Of a DNA stretch of 64,000 nt, positions 41,546-57,454 are shown in pieces. Position 1 is the stretch's first letter. Every line of letters begins with the position of its first letter. The notes under the pieces were generated by a model that was not told the DNA's origin, did not search any database, and was given only the letters and a program-made list of their open reading frames with translations. The DNA lies in the NCBI GenBank assembly GCA_951406725.2, contig OX597828.1, positions 70,928,001 to 70,992,000 on the forward strand, in the 5' to 3' direction. The stretch comes from Octopus vulgaris. Taxonomy: Eukaryota. The translations under genes and the position numbers were made by a program.

Positions 41546-41925
41546 GGAAGGGTCATCTTGCCAATAAGGAACACAGGTGCTGGTTCTGTTTCACTTCGTT
41601 TTACTATTATTAATTTAACTAGTTAACCAGTAAAGCAACTAATTTATCGATTGCTTGATTAATCATTTGATCAATTAATCGCTTAGCTGGTATACCAGAA
41701 TCCTTTCATTTGTGACCCCATCAATGACATACTTCCCGATTGTCAATGATAAGGGCTGAATAGCAATGAAAGGACTATGGCAAGGTGATTAACTGATTGA
41801 GTGAAGGATTAATGAAGTAATTGATTAGTTTATTAGTAAATTGGGTAATTTTTAGTTAATAATAAAAAATGAAGTGAAATAGAGCCAGTGCATGTGAGTA
41901 CTTCTTATTGGCTAAATGCCCTTCC
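41546..41925. mobile_element. Old foldback/MITE with ~110-bp degenerate inverted arms
   Basis: GGAAGGGTCAT..GCCAATAAG..CTGGTTCTGTTTCACTTCGTTTTT versus AAAAATGAAGTGAAATAGAGCCAG..CTTATTGGC..ATGCCCTTCC. Confidence 0.7.
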
Positions 41926-42159
41926 TAAATACTCACCAAAAAATGTCACTGTACAGCTTTAACGTCGATAGATACTGCATACAAACAACCATCTAAATAT
42001 TTAAATAAATGGGTACCACAAGAAAAAATTAACATAAAATACTTGTTCATTCGTATTTTGAGCGAGCGGAAGAGGACTTTCTTATTTCGCAGACTATATC
42101 TAACAATGCCATGTTGACTAAGATTCAATTCTGGTTATCATCTCTGGTTTTAATGGGTA

Positions 42160-43250
42160 GGGTTTAGTATAGCTAACTTCCGGCTATCACTTGTTTCATT
42201 TGTCGTTTTGACCGACTTAACACTTCAGACTGTCAACTCTAATTATTAAACTGTAATTCATTGCCGCTTAAACCTCTGTTTGCGACTTGTGGAATGCTTA
42301 CAATTTCAATATAAACTTCCTTTCATGATAAAGTATGGATTAATAAAAATAAATGTTAAATAGACGTTTTTGTAAACCAACAGTTCCCATCAGAAGTGAC
42401 TAATGGCGGCCTACAGAGAACTAGCTGTATCTCAAAATACGATAAGCTTGACATAATACTTTTAAGAAATTATATTTAATATTTTGTAAATTCTTCTTAT
42501 CTGCATGTCATAAAGATACCCGTTAGTTATCAAGTTGTTAAAGTGATAAAAATAGAGTGTAACATATGCTGGAATATCGGTCAAGGCTGTAAGATAATGT
42601 GTCTAAGACAAAGCCAGATATAATTTGTGTGACTTGGCCAATGAATGACTTGTCGACTGTAAGTCAGGGCCATATCACACTTCAATTCAGTTGTTAGTTC
42701 TGACGTTAATATTCTAATTATTGCCTTAGGCTGGTCGATCTAACTTCATTTGCTCCATCAAAATTTTATTTAAGGAAATCAAACGTTTCAATTTTTGGTA
42801 ATTATTTTCAAAAAATATATGATGACAATAATAACAACAACAACCTCCTTTGTGAAAAATTTTATATTCATTGTTTGAGAAATAAAAAAAACTATGCTAT
42901 AACAAGGTTGATTTCAAAAATTATGCAAGAATTTATTTTTTATTTATCTGTCTGTTCTTTTCATTGAAAAATATTTTATTTTCTTCGTTCTTCATTAGAA
43001 ATATACTTGATATGTTACAGTGTAAAGGCTAACGTTTGTTGACTTGGAATAACATAAACAAGTGACGTCTGCGGAGGAGAAATAAAGACTTAAGATGGCG
43101 ACGGGAATCAGATCTTAAGTTACAAAATCGTTGTTGTTTTCAGTGTAATGTTTGTTATTTCATTCGTCTTTTATCTGTAAATGATCAGATAAACACGTTT
43201 TCTTTCATTATATTCCTAAAACGATACTCTCAACTCAAGTTAACAGGTAT
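42160..43250. promoter_or_regulatory. Candidate promoter / first-exon region of an unidentified transcript
   Basis: Repeat-poor unique sequence with ETS-like ACTTCCGG (42176-42183), YY1-like ATGGCGGC (42403-42410) and AAGATGGCG (43092-43100), CRE-like GTGACGTC (43062-43069), and donor-like CAG|GTAT at 43246/43247. Confidence 0.35.
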
Positions 43251-45074
43251 ATAAAAGACGATTAATTTCCTGTTTTCGTTCACAAACAGCCATTAAGTAA
43301 CTGTCGTTTGTTCCGTTCTCTTATTTTTTTATTGTTGTTTTTTCAAGGGGGAAGGGCGTTTTCCTATGTTTTTTTAAACGTTTACAATCTGAAATAGATT
43401 CTACGTATCCATCCACACTTACCATTTTCTCTTTAATGAAATGTTTACTCTTTTTGAACATATTTTTCTTCGATAGTGATGGCTTTTATCAAAACTAAAC
43501 TGTTGATGTTTAACCCAATGTCAGCCGTGACCATCCTGTCTTTTATTCAACTCTCATGGACTTAATGTCACAGTGAATGCATTGTCCAATGCATCTTTCT
43601 TCTATTACGACAGCAGAGCGTGATCATAATGAATATTTAGCTGCTATTTCTGCATATAGTAGGTTCTCACAAATGTAATTTGGTGCGTTGAAAAAGTATT
43701 CATTCAAATTCTCTTTGTCATTAGAAGAGAAATTACTTTTTCTAAGTATTAAAAAATCTAAAATTTATGTAGTGATCTCCCTTCTTTGTAGGTTGTTAAC
43801 ACCTCCTAGAAGTTTTTACTTTCAACAAGGATAATCTCTGTTAATCGCAGTCTTTCAGTTCAATCTATTACGTATGTAAGACTTTGATGTGCATTCAGTG
43901 TACAGAGCATTTCCCCTAATATAATTAGCTTCAGCCATTTAATATATTCCTTTTGTGCACGCACAGATATATAAAACTCCACACCAACCAAACAGTGTTT
44001 ATATCGTGGAGATTAAATCATTATAATAACAGATTATCGCAGATTTTCATTAGTAAACGTGTCACTGATGCAACAAGTATATCTGATCTGTTGGAATGCT
44101 GTAATACGAAGTGAGAAACCGGCCACAACTTAACTGAAGCTAATTAACATTGGATGATAAGAAAAGGGAATTTCTCTGTGCTAACGAAATTAAGTGAGAC
44201 TACTCCTATTCATATGTCAGAATTGTTTCCCATCCCTCACCACGATTGTGTTTTTGCAACCGATCGATTTTTCTGATTGTGAAACTTTTAATGTGACAAT
44301 CTAAAGCAAAACTTCAATAGTCATACGTGTGTGGTGTGTTTGTGTGCGCAGTCGCAGTGAAGAAACAAAAGAATGAAGATGATAGTACTGCATTTTTACT
44401 TTGTTACGATCGTTTCAATAATTAGTCATTATGAAGGGTTATACATACAAATTATGCAAATCCACACCGTATTAAATACAAATTACATTAATCATTTCTT
44501 CAGACTAATTTACAGAAGTGATACCAAACTAGATACTGACTTTCATAATGAAGATTAGTTTATTATATAGATTACGGAAGGGAGTATATAGAAGAGTAAA
44601 TAATAAATTATAAACTGCCGGTGGTCACGTTGTCACAAATTCATTTTAATAGGGAGACTATATGGGGCAGCGTGTAGTTCTTCAACGTCAAGTCTATTGT
44701 AAGCAGTCACAAAACATTGAGAGACCAGGAATCAACCAGTTTATTGTAAATATACCGTAGATTAAAAAAATATAGAAATAGCGGTGAAAAGCTTCAAAGA
44801 GAGACGGGAGTTAACTTCTAAATATTCTTGGAATAATGCTTTAATGGGGGAAATAAGAAGAATAAGGAAAAAAACAGCATTTTGTATATGCTACTCGACG
44901 TGAATATACTCTGGAAAGTCACACAACTGTGGTGACGCTGCTGGACGACTTTCGTCAGTTGTTGATATAGCTCTGTGCTTTTTAGCACTATACATCTATA
45001 TCTATACAAGATGCTTTCTCCAGACGAATACCGTAGCACTGTGGGTTTCTACAGTATACACACGTTAAGATTAG

Positions 45075-45307
45075 GGCGGCGAGCTGGCAGGAACGTTAGC
45101 AAGCCGGGCGAAATGCTTAGCAGTATTTCGTCTGCCGTTACGTTCTGAGTTCAAATTCCGCCGAGGTCCACTTTGCCTTTCATCCTTTCGGGGTCGATAA
45201 ATCAAGTACCAGTTACGCACTGGGGTCGATATAATCGACTTAATCCCTTTGTCTGTCCTTGTTTGTCCCCTCTGTGTTTAGCCCCTTGTGGGTAGTAAAG
45301 AAAAATA
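45075..45307 (+). mobile_element. tRNA-derived SINE, family A, full-length reference copy
   Basis: GGCGGCGAGCTGGCAG head, B box GAGTTCAAATTCC, central GCCTTTCATCCTTTCGGGGTCGATAAA, tail GCCCCTTGTGGGTAGTAAAGAAA. More than 15 related copies in the window. Confidence 0.9.
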
Positions 45308-45788
45308 TGAAGATAAGTATGAGAATAAAGATTAGAGCAGTGTACTAAAAAATAACTTATTGCGGTGGAAGCGGCTTAGATCACATACAATTGAACTAAA
45401 TAAATTGATTAGTTACGTGAGAAATTATTAAAACGGGTATTTTGGAGATATGGAGGAAATGACGTAGATTACTCAGTGATAAAGTTAATGCTATCAAGAA
45501 TAGGAACACTATACTATAATATTTAATTCAATAAAGTTAGTTAATCTGATTTTTTAAGAATGTTTTACTGAATTGGTGGGAGCATCGGATCACTAGTTCA
45601 TTGCGTTTGTTAATTAAGTTACATCTGCATGTAAGGACCTCAGTGGTTCCACAAAACATAAACTACAACTACCCCACGCCCTTTGTGCGGAAGGACAGTG
45701 TGTATAATTGACCGCATCACAGAATAACTAATATTCTTCATTTTGAGGTTCCAAATAAACTTATAGTTATTGATTGATTGACTGATAA

Positions 45789-45860
<72 letters not shown>

Positions 45861-45905
45861 GGAGAGAGAGAGATAAATAGATAGACAGAAAGAGAGAGAG
45901 AGATT

Positions 45906-45981
<76 letters not shown>

Positions 45982-46336
45982 CAGAAAGAGAGAGAGAGAT
46001 TTAGATAGATAGATAGATATGTGTGTATGCATGTATATTGGTAGTGAGAGATATACATACAGAGTGCCTTGTGCACCCTTAGGTCGGACCACAACCGATT
46101 TCTGCTAGAAACAGAAGAATTGATGCACAGAAAAAGAAATAGATATAAAGAGGATGAAGTAACCCCACCCCACCCCCAGTACAGGTACTTTTTCACCAAC
46201 CCGGAAAAGATGAAAACAAAGTGGACCTCGGCTAGATTTGAATTCAGAGCGTAGATTATTAGTAAAATTATCACAAAGTAATGTATATGATGCCCTAACG
46301 ACTCTACCAATCGGTTGGATACCACATGTGTGCGCG

Positions 46337-46375
<39 letters not shown>

Positions 46376-46566
46376 CTGTATATGTGTGTATTTATACGGA
46401 TGTTTGTATGTGCATATATATATATATATGTGTGTGTGTGAGTAAGCATATCGGCTGCTGTCGCTTGACTATGATCTATGGATAATTTCGGCAAGTGTTC
46501 AAGCCTTTTTGATCATCATCATCGTCGTGGTCATCATCATCATCATCATCATCATCAACATAGTCG

Positions 46567-46598
<32 letters not shown>

Positions 46599-47377
46599 GT
46601 CGTCGTCGTCGTTCTCCTTTCGTCTTTCAATTAGCAAGAGCGACAAAGCGAAATATTTCTGTCACTATTTGAAGCCGGAGAATAAAACAGTTGAACTGGA
46701 GGAAGAGAGAGACAGAAACTGCGCGGAAAACAAATACGTATATACAAGCATGCAGATACATTATGTATAAATGTACACATATACATACATACGTATGTAT
46801 GTATGTATGTATGTATGTATGTATGTATGTATGTATGTATGTATGTATGTATGTATGTATGTACTTACGTATGTACGTACGTACGTACGTATGTATGTAT
46901 AACGGTGGAATTCAAAGAGTAGTTCTCAAATATTGGTATTTCTGTTAAATGGATTAGCATCAGGGTACCATTTCCTGTTTGATTTCAAATGATACTCAAC
47001 TTGTATCAAAATACTTACTGAACTGTGTAAACATGCAGAAGGAAGACGACATTTATAAATAAACAGCTTTTAACTATTCAGATTTTTATGTGAATAGGGG
47101 CGATATGAAGGAGGGGGGGCTTTGTTTCATACGTCCAAGGCTTTTGTGTGTGTGTGTGTGTGGAGAGAGAGAGCAGAAGTGGTTGAGCAGCTGAGAAATT
47201 GTCACGTAGTTTACGCCGCTTTGTGATTTGAGCTCTAATCCTACCTGGTGCAATTCCATCTTTCATTCTTGGTCTTCAGTATTTTTCTTTTTCCTTTATT
47301 TTTTATTCTTTTTTTTTACCATTTTTACGTGGATTACAGAATCGAGAAAAAAAGGAGACAGATAAATATAACACGCT

Positions 47378-47535
47378 GGGGAGTTGCGTGGCTCAGTGGT
47401 TGAGAAATCGGATTCACGATCGTAAGATAGCGCTTTCGATTCTTGGACCGGGCGATGCGTTGTGTTCTTGAGCAAAACACTTCATTTCACTTTGCTACAG
47501 ACCACTCAGCAGCTAAAAACGAGTTGATCCTGCAA
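47378..47535 (+). mobile_element. tRNA-derived SINE, family D
   Basis: A box TGGCTCAGTGG, B box-like TTCGATTC, body GTGTTCTTGAGCAAAACACTTCATTTCAC. Inverse copy at about 23790-23960. Confidence 0.7.
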
Positions 47536-47547
47536 CTATATTGCAAC

Positions 47548-47624
<77 letters not shown>

Positions 47625-47915
47625 GGCGGATAAGCACGGGGGCCAAGTCTTGGGTGGACTTTAAAACTGATGCCAACATCATTTGCGCAATATTGTACGC
47701 TTACTCTCTCTTTTACTCTTTTACTTGTTTCAGTCATTTGACTGTGGCCATGCTGGAGTACCGCCTTTAGTCGAGCAAATCTTTGGAAGCCTTGTACTTA
47801 TTCTATCGGTCTCTTTTGCCGAACCGCTAAGTTACGGGGACGTAAACACACCACCATCGGTTGTCAAGCGATGTTGGGGGGACAAACACAGACACACAAA
47901 CATATACACACACGC

Positions 47916-47991
<76 letters not shown>

Positions 47992-48314
47992 TTGCTTCCT
48001 GTCCAAGGTGGGGAGTATACACGCCATGGAAACCGGGAAACCGACCTTCTAGGTCTTCATGATTCAGGAAGGAGCTTTATCCATTTTTAAGGCGAAGCGC
48101 TGCCAGAATCGCTGGCGCACGACACAAAATACTTAGCAGCATTTCATCTGTCATTACGTTCTGAGTTCAAATTCCGTCAAGGTCGATTTTGTCTTATATC
48201 CTTTGGGGTCGATAAATTAAGTTCCAGTTAGGCACTGGGGTCGATGTAATCGACTAGTTCCCCTCCCCAAAAATTTCAGGACTTGTGCTTATAATAGAAA
48301 GGATTATTATTATT

Positions 48315-48870
48315 GAGTGAGCGAGCAGAGCATGCCATCAAAGTGACACTGGGTAAAATATACGAAGACCAGTATACCCATCATGACTACCCGTCTGATA
48401 AGGGTACACTAGGCACATGCATCACAACCATATGTGCGCGACATGGTGATCTCATATCAAGATAAACAGCACATGACCTTGCAGGTGGAGCCCAGTTAGA
48501 ATTTTCTTCAGATCGAGTTACCCATCCCGCTCAAAAGGTCCCTGAATAAGGGTTGTTTAAGGACGTTGAACGAAACACCCATGTTTCCAGAGGTGAATTA
48601 TTCAAACCCCAAAGAATCCTTCTCAACACATGGCTATGATGCTCCCCCACTACTTCTGCTCGTGATCAGAGATGCACATATTGTCAGCCACTAAGGGACA
48701 TGCTCAACTGGTTACGGTCAAACAACTGACAAGCAAATCTGTGGTATTGAGCAGAATATTTGCTGTAGCCCATCTTTTATACCAAGACAAAACAATGTAC
48801 ATGATAACACTTCCAATCAGTTAAGATCAGAAGCCATGAGAGCCACTGCATGGTACTGCATCAGGGCATT
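48315..48870. repeat. Unclassified non-coding interspersed element flanked by (ATT)n
   Basis: GC-richer 550-bp block bounded by TTA repeats between a SINE and a Helitron. No ORF, and a single copy in the window. Confidence 0.35.
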
Positions 48871-48880
48871 TATTATATTA

Positions 48881-49382
<502 letters not shown>

Positions 49383-49736
49383 GCTAAAGCGGCGATCTTT
49401 CAGATTCGTTTGCATGCCGGACAAAATATTTGGCAACAGTTTGTCCGTTTTCACGTTCTGAGTTCAAATTCCGCCGAGGTCGCCTTTGCCGCTCATCCTT
49501 TCGTGATCGATAAATTAAGTACCAGTAGAATGCTGGGGTCGATGTAATCGACTAGTCCCCTGCCCCCAAAACTTCAGGCTTTGTGCCTTTAGGAGAAAGG
49601 CTTATCGTTATCATTGCTAAGGCGGCGAACTGGCAGACTCGTTGGCAGTATTTCGTCTGTCTTTGCGATCTGAATTCAAATCACTCCGAGATCGATTTCA
49701 TCTTTCTTTCTTTCAGGATCGGTAAATTAAGAACAT

Positions 49737-50270
<534 letters not shown>

Positions 50271-50715
50271 GTTGAAACAATGGGGTCGACGTAATCCCCT
50301 AGCCCCCCCCTCATCCCCTGAAATTCCAGGCCTTGTGCCTGTCTTAGAAAGGATTCTGTAGTTACGTCTCTTTTAATTCTGCCTTCTGAATGCAACATTT
50401 TTATCATTCGCACTTTTTCAGTCTTTTTTTCTTCTTTTTCTTTTCATTTCAACAGGCGCAGGTGTGGCCGTGTGGTAAGAAGTTTGCTTCCCAACCGCTT
50501 GGTTCCAGGTTCAGTCCCATTGCGTGACACCTTGGGAAAGTTGTGGCCATCCCGTCCTTTTAGGGATATAGAGAAATATTTTATCCAATGACACACACAT
50601 ACACACTGCCAGAGATAGATAGATGAATACACTGACACTCACACAAACACACACACACACACACACACACATACATACATACATACATACATACATACAT
50701 ACATACATACATACA

Positions 50716-50748
<33 letters not shown>

Positions 50749-50760
50749 GCATACATACAT

Positions 50761-50967
50761 AGTTAATCCAAACAAGAAAACATAAAAAAAACACAACAAC
50801 GCGATGACGTGGAACAAATATAGTATTATTGGACGCTCAGGAAAGAAGGGAAGAAGGAGGGTTTAACGTTTCGAGCGGAGCTCTTCGTCGGAAACATAGG
50901 AGAAGGAAAGATCCAGAGAAGGGAAGACAGAGGGAAAAAAATTGCCAACGGTACACACGAGGTCACA

Positions 50968-50968
<1 letters not shown>
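50761..50968 (-). mobile_element. Short non-coding element with hammerhead-like motif (50861-50895)
   Basis: Minus strand GUUU-CCGACGA-A-GAGC(UCC)GCUC-GAAA-CGUU-AAAC (U4>C core variant). Ends GGATTAACT in a (TATG)n tract. Homologous to 59318-59415. Confidence 0.72.
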
Positions 50969-50998
<30 letters not shown>

Positions 50999-51502
50999 CA
51001 TACATACATACATACATACAAACGAACGGACGGACGGACGAATAGACAGACAGACAGGCCGACAGGTAGGTAGGTAGGTAGGTAGGTAGGTAGGCAGGCA
51101 GGCAGAGAGACAAACAGACAGATAGCATGCTGTTATTAGACACATATAGACAAACATTTCGGGGTTTGAAGGTAGGGGGGGCTTATATAAAAAAGCTAAA
51201 CATCTATGAATAAAAGCGAATTTTTAGATTAAATAAATGACCAAATAAATAAATTGGCAAATAAAAAAATGTCGGTGCCAATTTTAAGACTGTAAATGTC
51301 AAAAAGTGTAAGATTTTGGTAATTTGTCAGCTTCACAATAGAGAGAAAGACTCTTGGGGAGTTAACGATATGTTTCAGAAGATGCTATTTGTTGGTGGAA
51401 ACGAGAAGTCTGCTTCCGCATCCTTATAAAAGTTTGATGGCTTCTAGTGTCTATTACAACACACACACACACACGCACACAAACACACACACACACACAC
51501 AG

Positions 51503-51536
<34 letters not shown>

Positions 51537-52355
51537 ACACACACAAACACATATATATATATATATAAGCGAATGCGTGGATGTGTGTATATATATGCAT
51601 ATATATATATATATATGCATTCATACATACATATATTATGCATATACGTAAATGTGCAAGCAGATGTAGGTAAGCACACAAGCACACACACACATGCACG
51701 CATGCACACACGCGCACGCACACACACTTATATAAAAAATATTATATCCCAAGCACTTTCAGAAACTGATATCAACTGTACATGAAGAAAGCCATCCCAA
51801 ACCCAGTCATTGTATTTTGTAATTCAAAAGCTATAATATATGAAGCAGAGGTTAACTCTACCAAAACAAACGCTACTTAGGCATGACCGAAGGATTGTTT
51901 AAAGAAAAGAATTATAAACACACTACCTCTTTTAGACTTTAAAAAATTTAAACAAATATGACGACATTATCCAATTGTATCTGACATTTAAAAGACAACT
52001 TCAGGTTACAACATCAAATAGAAAGGTCGTTGAACGATTGAGGCCTCATAGGAACAGAAATAAGAGATATGAACTTTGCGCAGCCGAAAGTATTTTCTTC
52101 CTTAAAAGCCTAAATGATTCCGATCAGTACTTGAATACTCGGTCTGAAATCTTTGCAATGTGTGGATACTTTGTCAAGAATTCTGTCGTGTAAATAGTCC
52201 TCAGCACAGCTGCCCGGCCAGACCTAATAACACACCCTATCTATCCACATTGCAGTTTCCTTCTACCTTTTTCTACTCCTTGATATCTAATCACAGCAAG
52301 CGAGTGTTTATACGCGCGTGTCAACATCAAGTTTTCTTAGCTAACTATATTTCAC

Positions 52356-52575
52356 GGCGAGCTGGCAGAAACGTTAGCGCGCCGGGCGAAATGCGTAGCT
52401 GTAGTTCGTCTGCCGTTACCTTCTGGGTTCAAATTCCGCCGAGGTCAACTTTGCCTTTCATCCTTTCGGGGTCGATAAATTAAGTACCAGTTACGCACTT
52501 GGGTCGATGTAATCGACTCAACCCGTTTGTCTGTCCTCTCTATGTTTAGCCCCTTGTGGGTAGTAAAAAAATATA
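52356..52575 (+). mobile_element. tRNA-derived SINE, family A
   Basis: Close match to 45075-45307. Confidence 0.85.
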
Positions 52576-53089
52576 TATTTCACTCTTAACGCTCATAACT
52601 TTATTCGCTTCATTGATTTACTTCCTTCCCCCACTCCTCTATCGGCAAACTTGCTTTTTATCCTACATTTTTTATTTTATATATTCATTCGTTTTTGTTG
52701 TGTTTTTTTCTTTGTTTCTCCTTATTTTCCTTCTCGTATCACTGTAACATCTGAAGGGAAATAACTTAATGTTTATCTCATAAGATTTATGCCCCATGTG
52801 TTGAGAAGTGTGGTTACTTAGCAACAGTAATGATTATAATAATTATTATAATGACAATATGTACGCGTGTATTTCTCAATTTCTGTATTTGCAGTCAGGT
52901 GACCAGTCCGTTCTGTAGCAGCAGGATAATTATTGCTGAAAGAAATATGCAAGAAAATAAGAGATATGGAGTAATGCTCGTGTGTAGACAGAAAACTATA
53001 TGTTTGAAGTAATAACTTCGAAAGGTTTCGGCCAGTATAGGCCCAGGCCATGTCTAACTCAATGGCACCACCTGGTGAAGTATTTTAGT

Positions 53090-53402
53090 CATATATGAGG
53101 CACCTTGGCCCATTCTAACAAAGAGTTATTATTGTTGGTGACATATCCGGGTGTAGGAGATTGGTCAGGGATTTTTGGGGAGAAATTTTTCCAGAGAACT
53201 TTTAAATTTCATTGGATCCGTTTCTGTTTTGACGTATTTTGGTATGTTATTAAAGAGAGCTGGACTGGTTGAGGTAAAGTTGTTGTGACGTAATGTTGTT
53301 ATGTGTTCTGAGTTCGAATTTCGTAGTGGGCGGATAAGCACGGGGGCCAAGTCTTGGGTGGACTTTAAAACTGATGCCAACATCATTTGTGCAATATTGT
53401 AC
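53090..53402 (-). mobile_element. CR1/L2-type LINE 3' end fragment
   Basis: Translation ITTLRHNNFTSTSPALFNNIPKYVKTETDPMKFKSSLEKFL resembles the F...P.L(W/F)N.LP...FK..L..FL C-terminal motif. Confidence 0.65.
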
Positions 53403-54139
53403 GCTTAAATCTCTCTTTTACTCGTTTCAGTGGCCATGCTGGAGCACCGCCTTTAGTCGAGCAAATCTTTGGAAGCCTTGTACTTATTCTATCGGACTGT
53501 TTTGCCGAACCGCTAGGTTACGGGGACGTAAACACACCACCATCGGTTGGCAAGCGATGTTGGGGGACAAACATAGACACACAAACATATACACACACAC
53601 ACATACATACATATATATACGACGGGCTTCTTTCAGTTTCCGTCTACCAAATTCACTCACAAGCCTTTGGTCGGTCCGAGACAATAGTAGAAGACACTTG
53701 CCCAAGGTGCCACGCAGTGGGACTGAACCCAGAACCATGTGGTTCGTAAGCAAGCTACTTACCACACAGCCACTCCTACGCCTATTGATTGTATATTTTC
53801 CACTAAAGTGCATCTGTTGAGGACGAGTTGTCAAGGCAAGCAAAACATTATCTTTTTGAGAGCAATTATAGGAGAAAAGTGCTGTATTTGGACACTAATA
53901 GTGGATAACAGAATGACAACGCCACGCATATATTACGCGCGCGCACATACGACAAAATATATAGATGCATACATATATACAAAAATATATGCATGCTTGT
54001 ATGTATGTATCATATTATATATATATAATTTATATTGTATTTGAGAGTATATGACACACACACCTATATAATATATACACAAATATAATGTGTGTGTGCG
54101 TGTGTGTGTGTGTGTGTGTGAGTGTGTGTGTGGGTGTGT

Positions 54140-54438
54140 GGAGGCGCAATAGCCCAGTGTTTAGGGTAGCGAACTCGCTGTCGTAGGATCGCGGTTTCGA
54201 TTCCCAGACCGGGCGTTGTGAGTGTTTATTGAGCGAAAACACCTAAGGCTCCCCGAGGCTCCAGCAGGGTGGGGGCGATCCCTGCTGTACTCTTTCGCCA
54301 CAACTTTCTCTCACTCTTTCTTCTGTTGGCCTGCTCGCCTAGCCAGAGGGGTGGCGTCATTTGAAGGCTAAAACAATGCGAAGCGCATTGTGACCAGCGA
54401 TGTGTAGCAACATCTGATAGCCTGGTCGGTCATGTGAT

Positions 54439-54446
<8 letters not shown>
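54140..54446 (+). mobile_element. tRNA-derived SINE, family C, full length
   Basis: tRNA-like head GGAGGCGCAATAGCCCAGTG...GGTTTCGATTCCCAGACC, tail ending (ACGTGAT)n. Inverse copies at 6740-6927 and 27262-27424. Confidence 0.85.
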
Positions 54447-54485
<39 letters not shown>

Positions 54486-54506
54486 TACACACATGCTTAT
54501 GTTTAG

Positions 54507-54542
<36 letters not shown>

Positions 54543-55308
54543 AAGGCGGCATATGTAGATAACATCTACACGTGCCTCACAATACAAACCAAAACTCATC
54601 AAAAACAAGTTATTTTTCACTGAATGGCCATGTAAAAGAAAAGAAAACAAACTGGGAGAATCTTGAATATATCAATCACAGCAGATATGCATATATTTAC
54701 CTTAATCCGGGACAAAAGGTTATGTTTCAATGTTTAGGGAGGTTTCTTAACCGGAAGGGAATTAAACCAAATTGCAGTGATATAGTACGAGATATACCAG
54801 ACATCTGCATCATTATGGGTGGGTGGGTGGGTGTAAAACCTATGGAAGGAACAGTGGGGTGAGATGGGGCATTGTATATGAGAAGACCGAAATTCTTGCT
54901 TATTGGAACTGTTAAAACCCTCTAAATTGCTCGACCGAATAAGATATGAATTTGTAAATTTAAATCCAAGAACGAGATGCGAACGTGTCTGTACGCGCAT
55001 ACATGTGTGTGTGTGTGTTTAGATGCATGTTTGCTCATAATTACCCACCCCCACCCATCACTTAACAACCGGTGTTTATTCGTTTACGTCCCTGTAATAT
55101 AGGGATTCGGCAAAAGAATTTTAAAAAGGCCGATGGAGTAAGTACCAGGTTTTAAGAAAATAAATTCTGGGCTAGATTCGTTTGACTGAAACTCTTCAAG
55201 GTGGCGAACTGTCATGGCCGCCGCCGCCGAACGACTGAAACAAGTGACGTATAAAACACATACACACACACATTATGTATTTCATGTATATGTGTGTGTA
55301 CAAGGTGT

Positions 55309-55709
<401 letters not shown>

Positions 55710-56335
55710 ACACACACATATATATGCATAAATATTTAAGCACTTGTGTGCAGGTGTGTGTGTCTGTGCCACTAGAACGTTATTTATTGTTAGAAAGCTG
55801 GTAAGTTCGTGCAGCCATCACTGTCACAAGAGGTTAGATGGGGAATGGAGTGGAGCTCGGCTATTATGTGTGTTAATTACAACCTATAAAAATATAACTA
55901 TATTACTTAGGAGCGACAATCCTGTTGACATGACATTACATAAATTACTGTCTTTACTAAACATGGCCGAGATCTCACACTTTAGCGCGACAGCGGTAAC
56001 ACACGACCTACCACTGCTCTACCATCGCTCCACCCTCGTACAATCATTCCACCAATATACTACTGTAGACATTTCAAATACATATGCAAGTATTTGGTAA
56101 ATTTGGGTAAGATTTTTATCTTCGCGATAAAAGCCGCCACCAACGCCCAAATGCAATATTCCAACATGGCAGGCGAAATTACAAATGGCATTTATATATC
56201 ATGTTTGTTGAAGTTTTTTTTTTTGTTTTGTGTAATTTTTGCAGGATGGATGGGTGGAGGGTATATAAGCATATGTGTGTTTAAATACATGTAAGCATGC
56301 ATATGTATGTGTATGTGTGTGTGTGTGTGTGTATG

Positions 56336-56390
<55 letters not shown>

Positions 56391-57454
56391 CTGACTTGAC
56401 AGACTGTAGTTATGTCTGTATAAATTTTTTACTTTAGATAATTTAATAAAGCAATTTATTGGTTTCTAACGTTAGTACCGGGTCACAAATTATGGTAAAG
56501 AAAGAGAAGAGAGGGTATGTGCACGACCCCTCCGTCCCCTTCCCCTAGTACTTGACACATAATTATTCTATTGACCCCGTTATGGTGAAAAGTGAAGTGG
56601 ATCTAAGAAGAATTTGAACTCATGAAGGAAAGGGGATTTTGGTAAATATTGATGTGTTACAAGACACAAAGCCATGGAAGTAAGCTGCAGGAGAGAATGA
56701 TATATTTGGTAAAGTTAGTCCCTAATATTTTACTGGTACTTTATTTTATCTATCCCTGAAAGATAAAAGACACCGTCGACCTCGGAGAGATTCGAAGTCA
56801 GGACATAAAGAAACTAAATGCCGTAAGTTATTTCATCGATTCTCAATCAAGTCTACAAGCTACCGCCCTTAATTTATCAAGTTATATGAATAAGTAACCC
56901 TTATGCTTTATTAAAAAAGCACATGGGCATTCATTTAAAAGAAGATGATGAAGTCGATTTCAATGACTTTGTTTTATCTTCCCGGGTTTAAAAGGATCCC
57001 CGGCTGGGGTGATGGGTCGTGTCAGCCGACCATATACCACATGGTCACGGCGAATGTTGAAGCATCTCGCAGAAATGGGGACTGACTGGGACACTGTTCA
57101 GAGGGTTGACCAAAACGACCCGAGCAAATACCAACAAATGATACATGCAGCATGCCTCCACACGTAACTTGACCTGACCTGACCTGACTCGATCTGAATA
57201 ACGTGAGCCAAGGTCAACCCCAGTGAGATTGGAACTCAGAACATTGATTGTACGTAACTAAATACCATCGGGTCAGTAATTTCTTTCCGCCTCTCTACCA
57301 GTTCGACCATCCACTGTTCTTATTATTTGCTAATAATTCTCTTCTTAGCCTGTTTTCTGAGGCTGCTGCTCTTCAACGATAGCGCACCTGATACAATAAT
57401 CAAGACTTTTTTCCATTGAGAGGGACCTTCCTGTCAAAATGATTATCTAAGAGA

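Noticed and set aside
44930-44965. CTGACGAA half-core on the minus strand
   Set aside because: No stem II/GAAA partner found.
53010-53050. Hammerhead-like GGCC-TATACT-GGCC-GAAAC on the minus strand
   Set aside because: No CUGANGA core; at most a remnant.
54140-54215. tRNA gene candidates (also 47378, 49737, 30742, 25620)
   Set aside because: A/B boxes are followed by SINE or element bodies; acceptor stems are incomplete.
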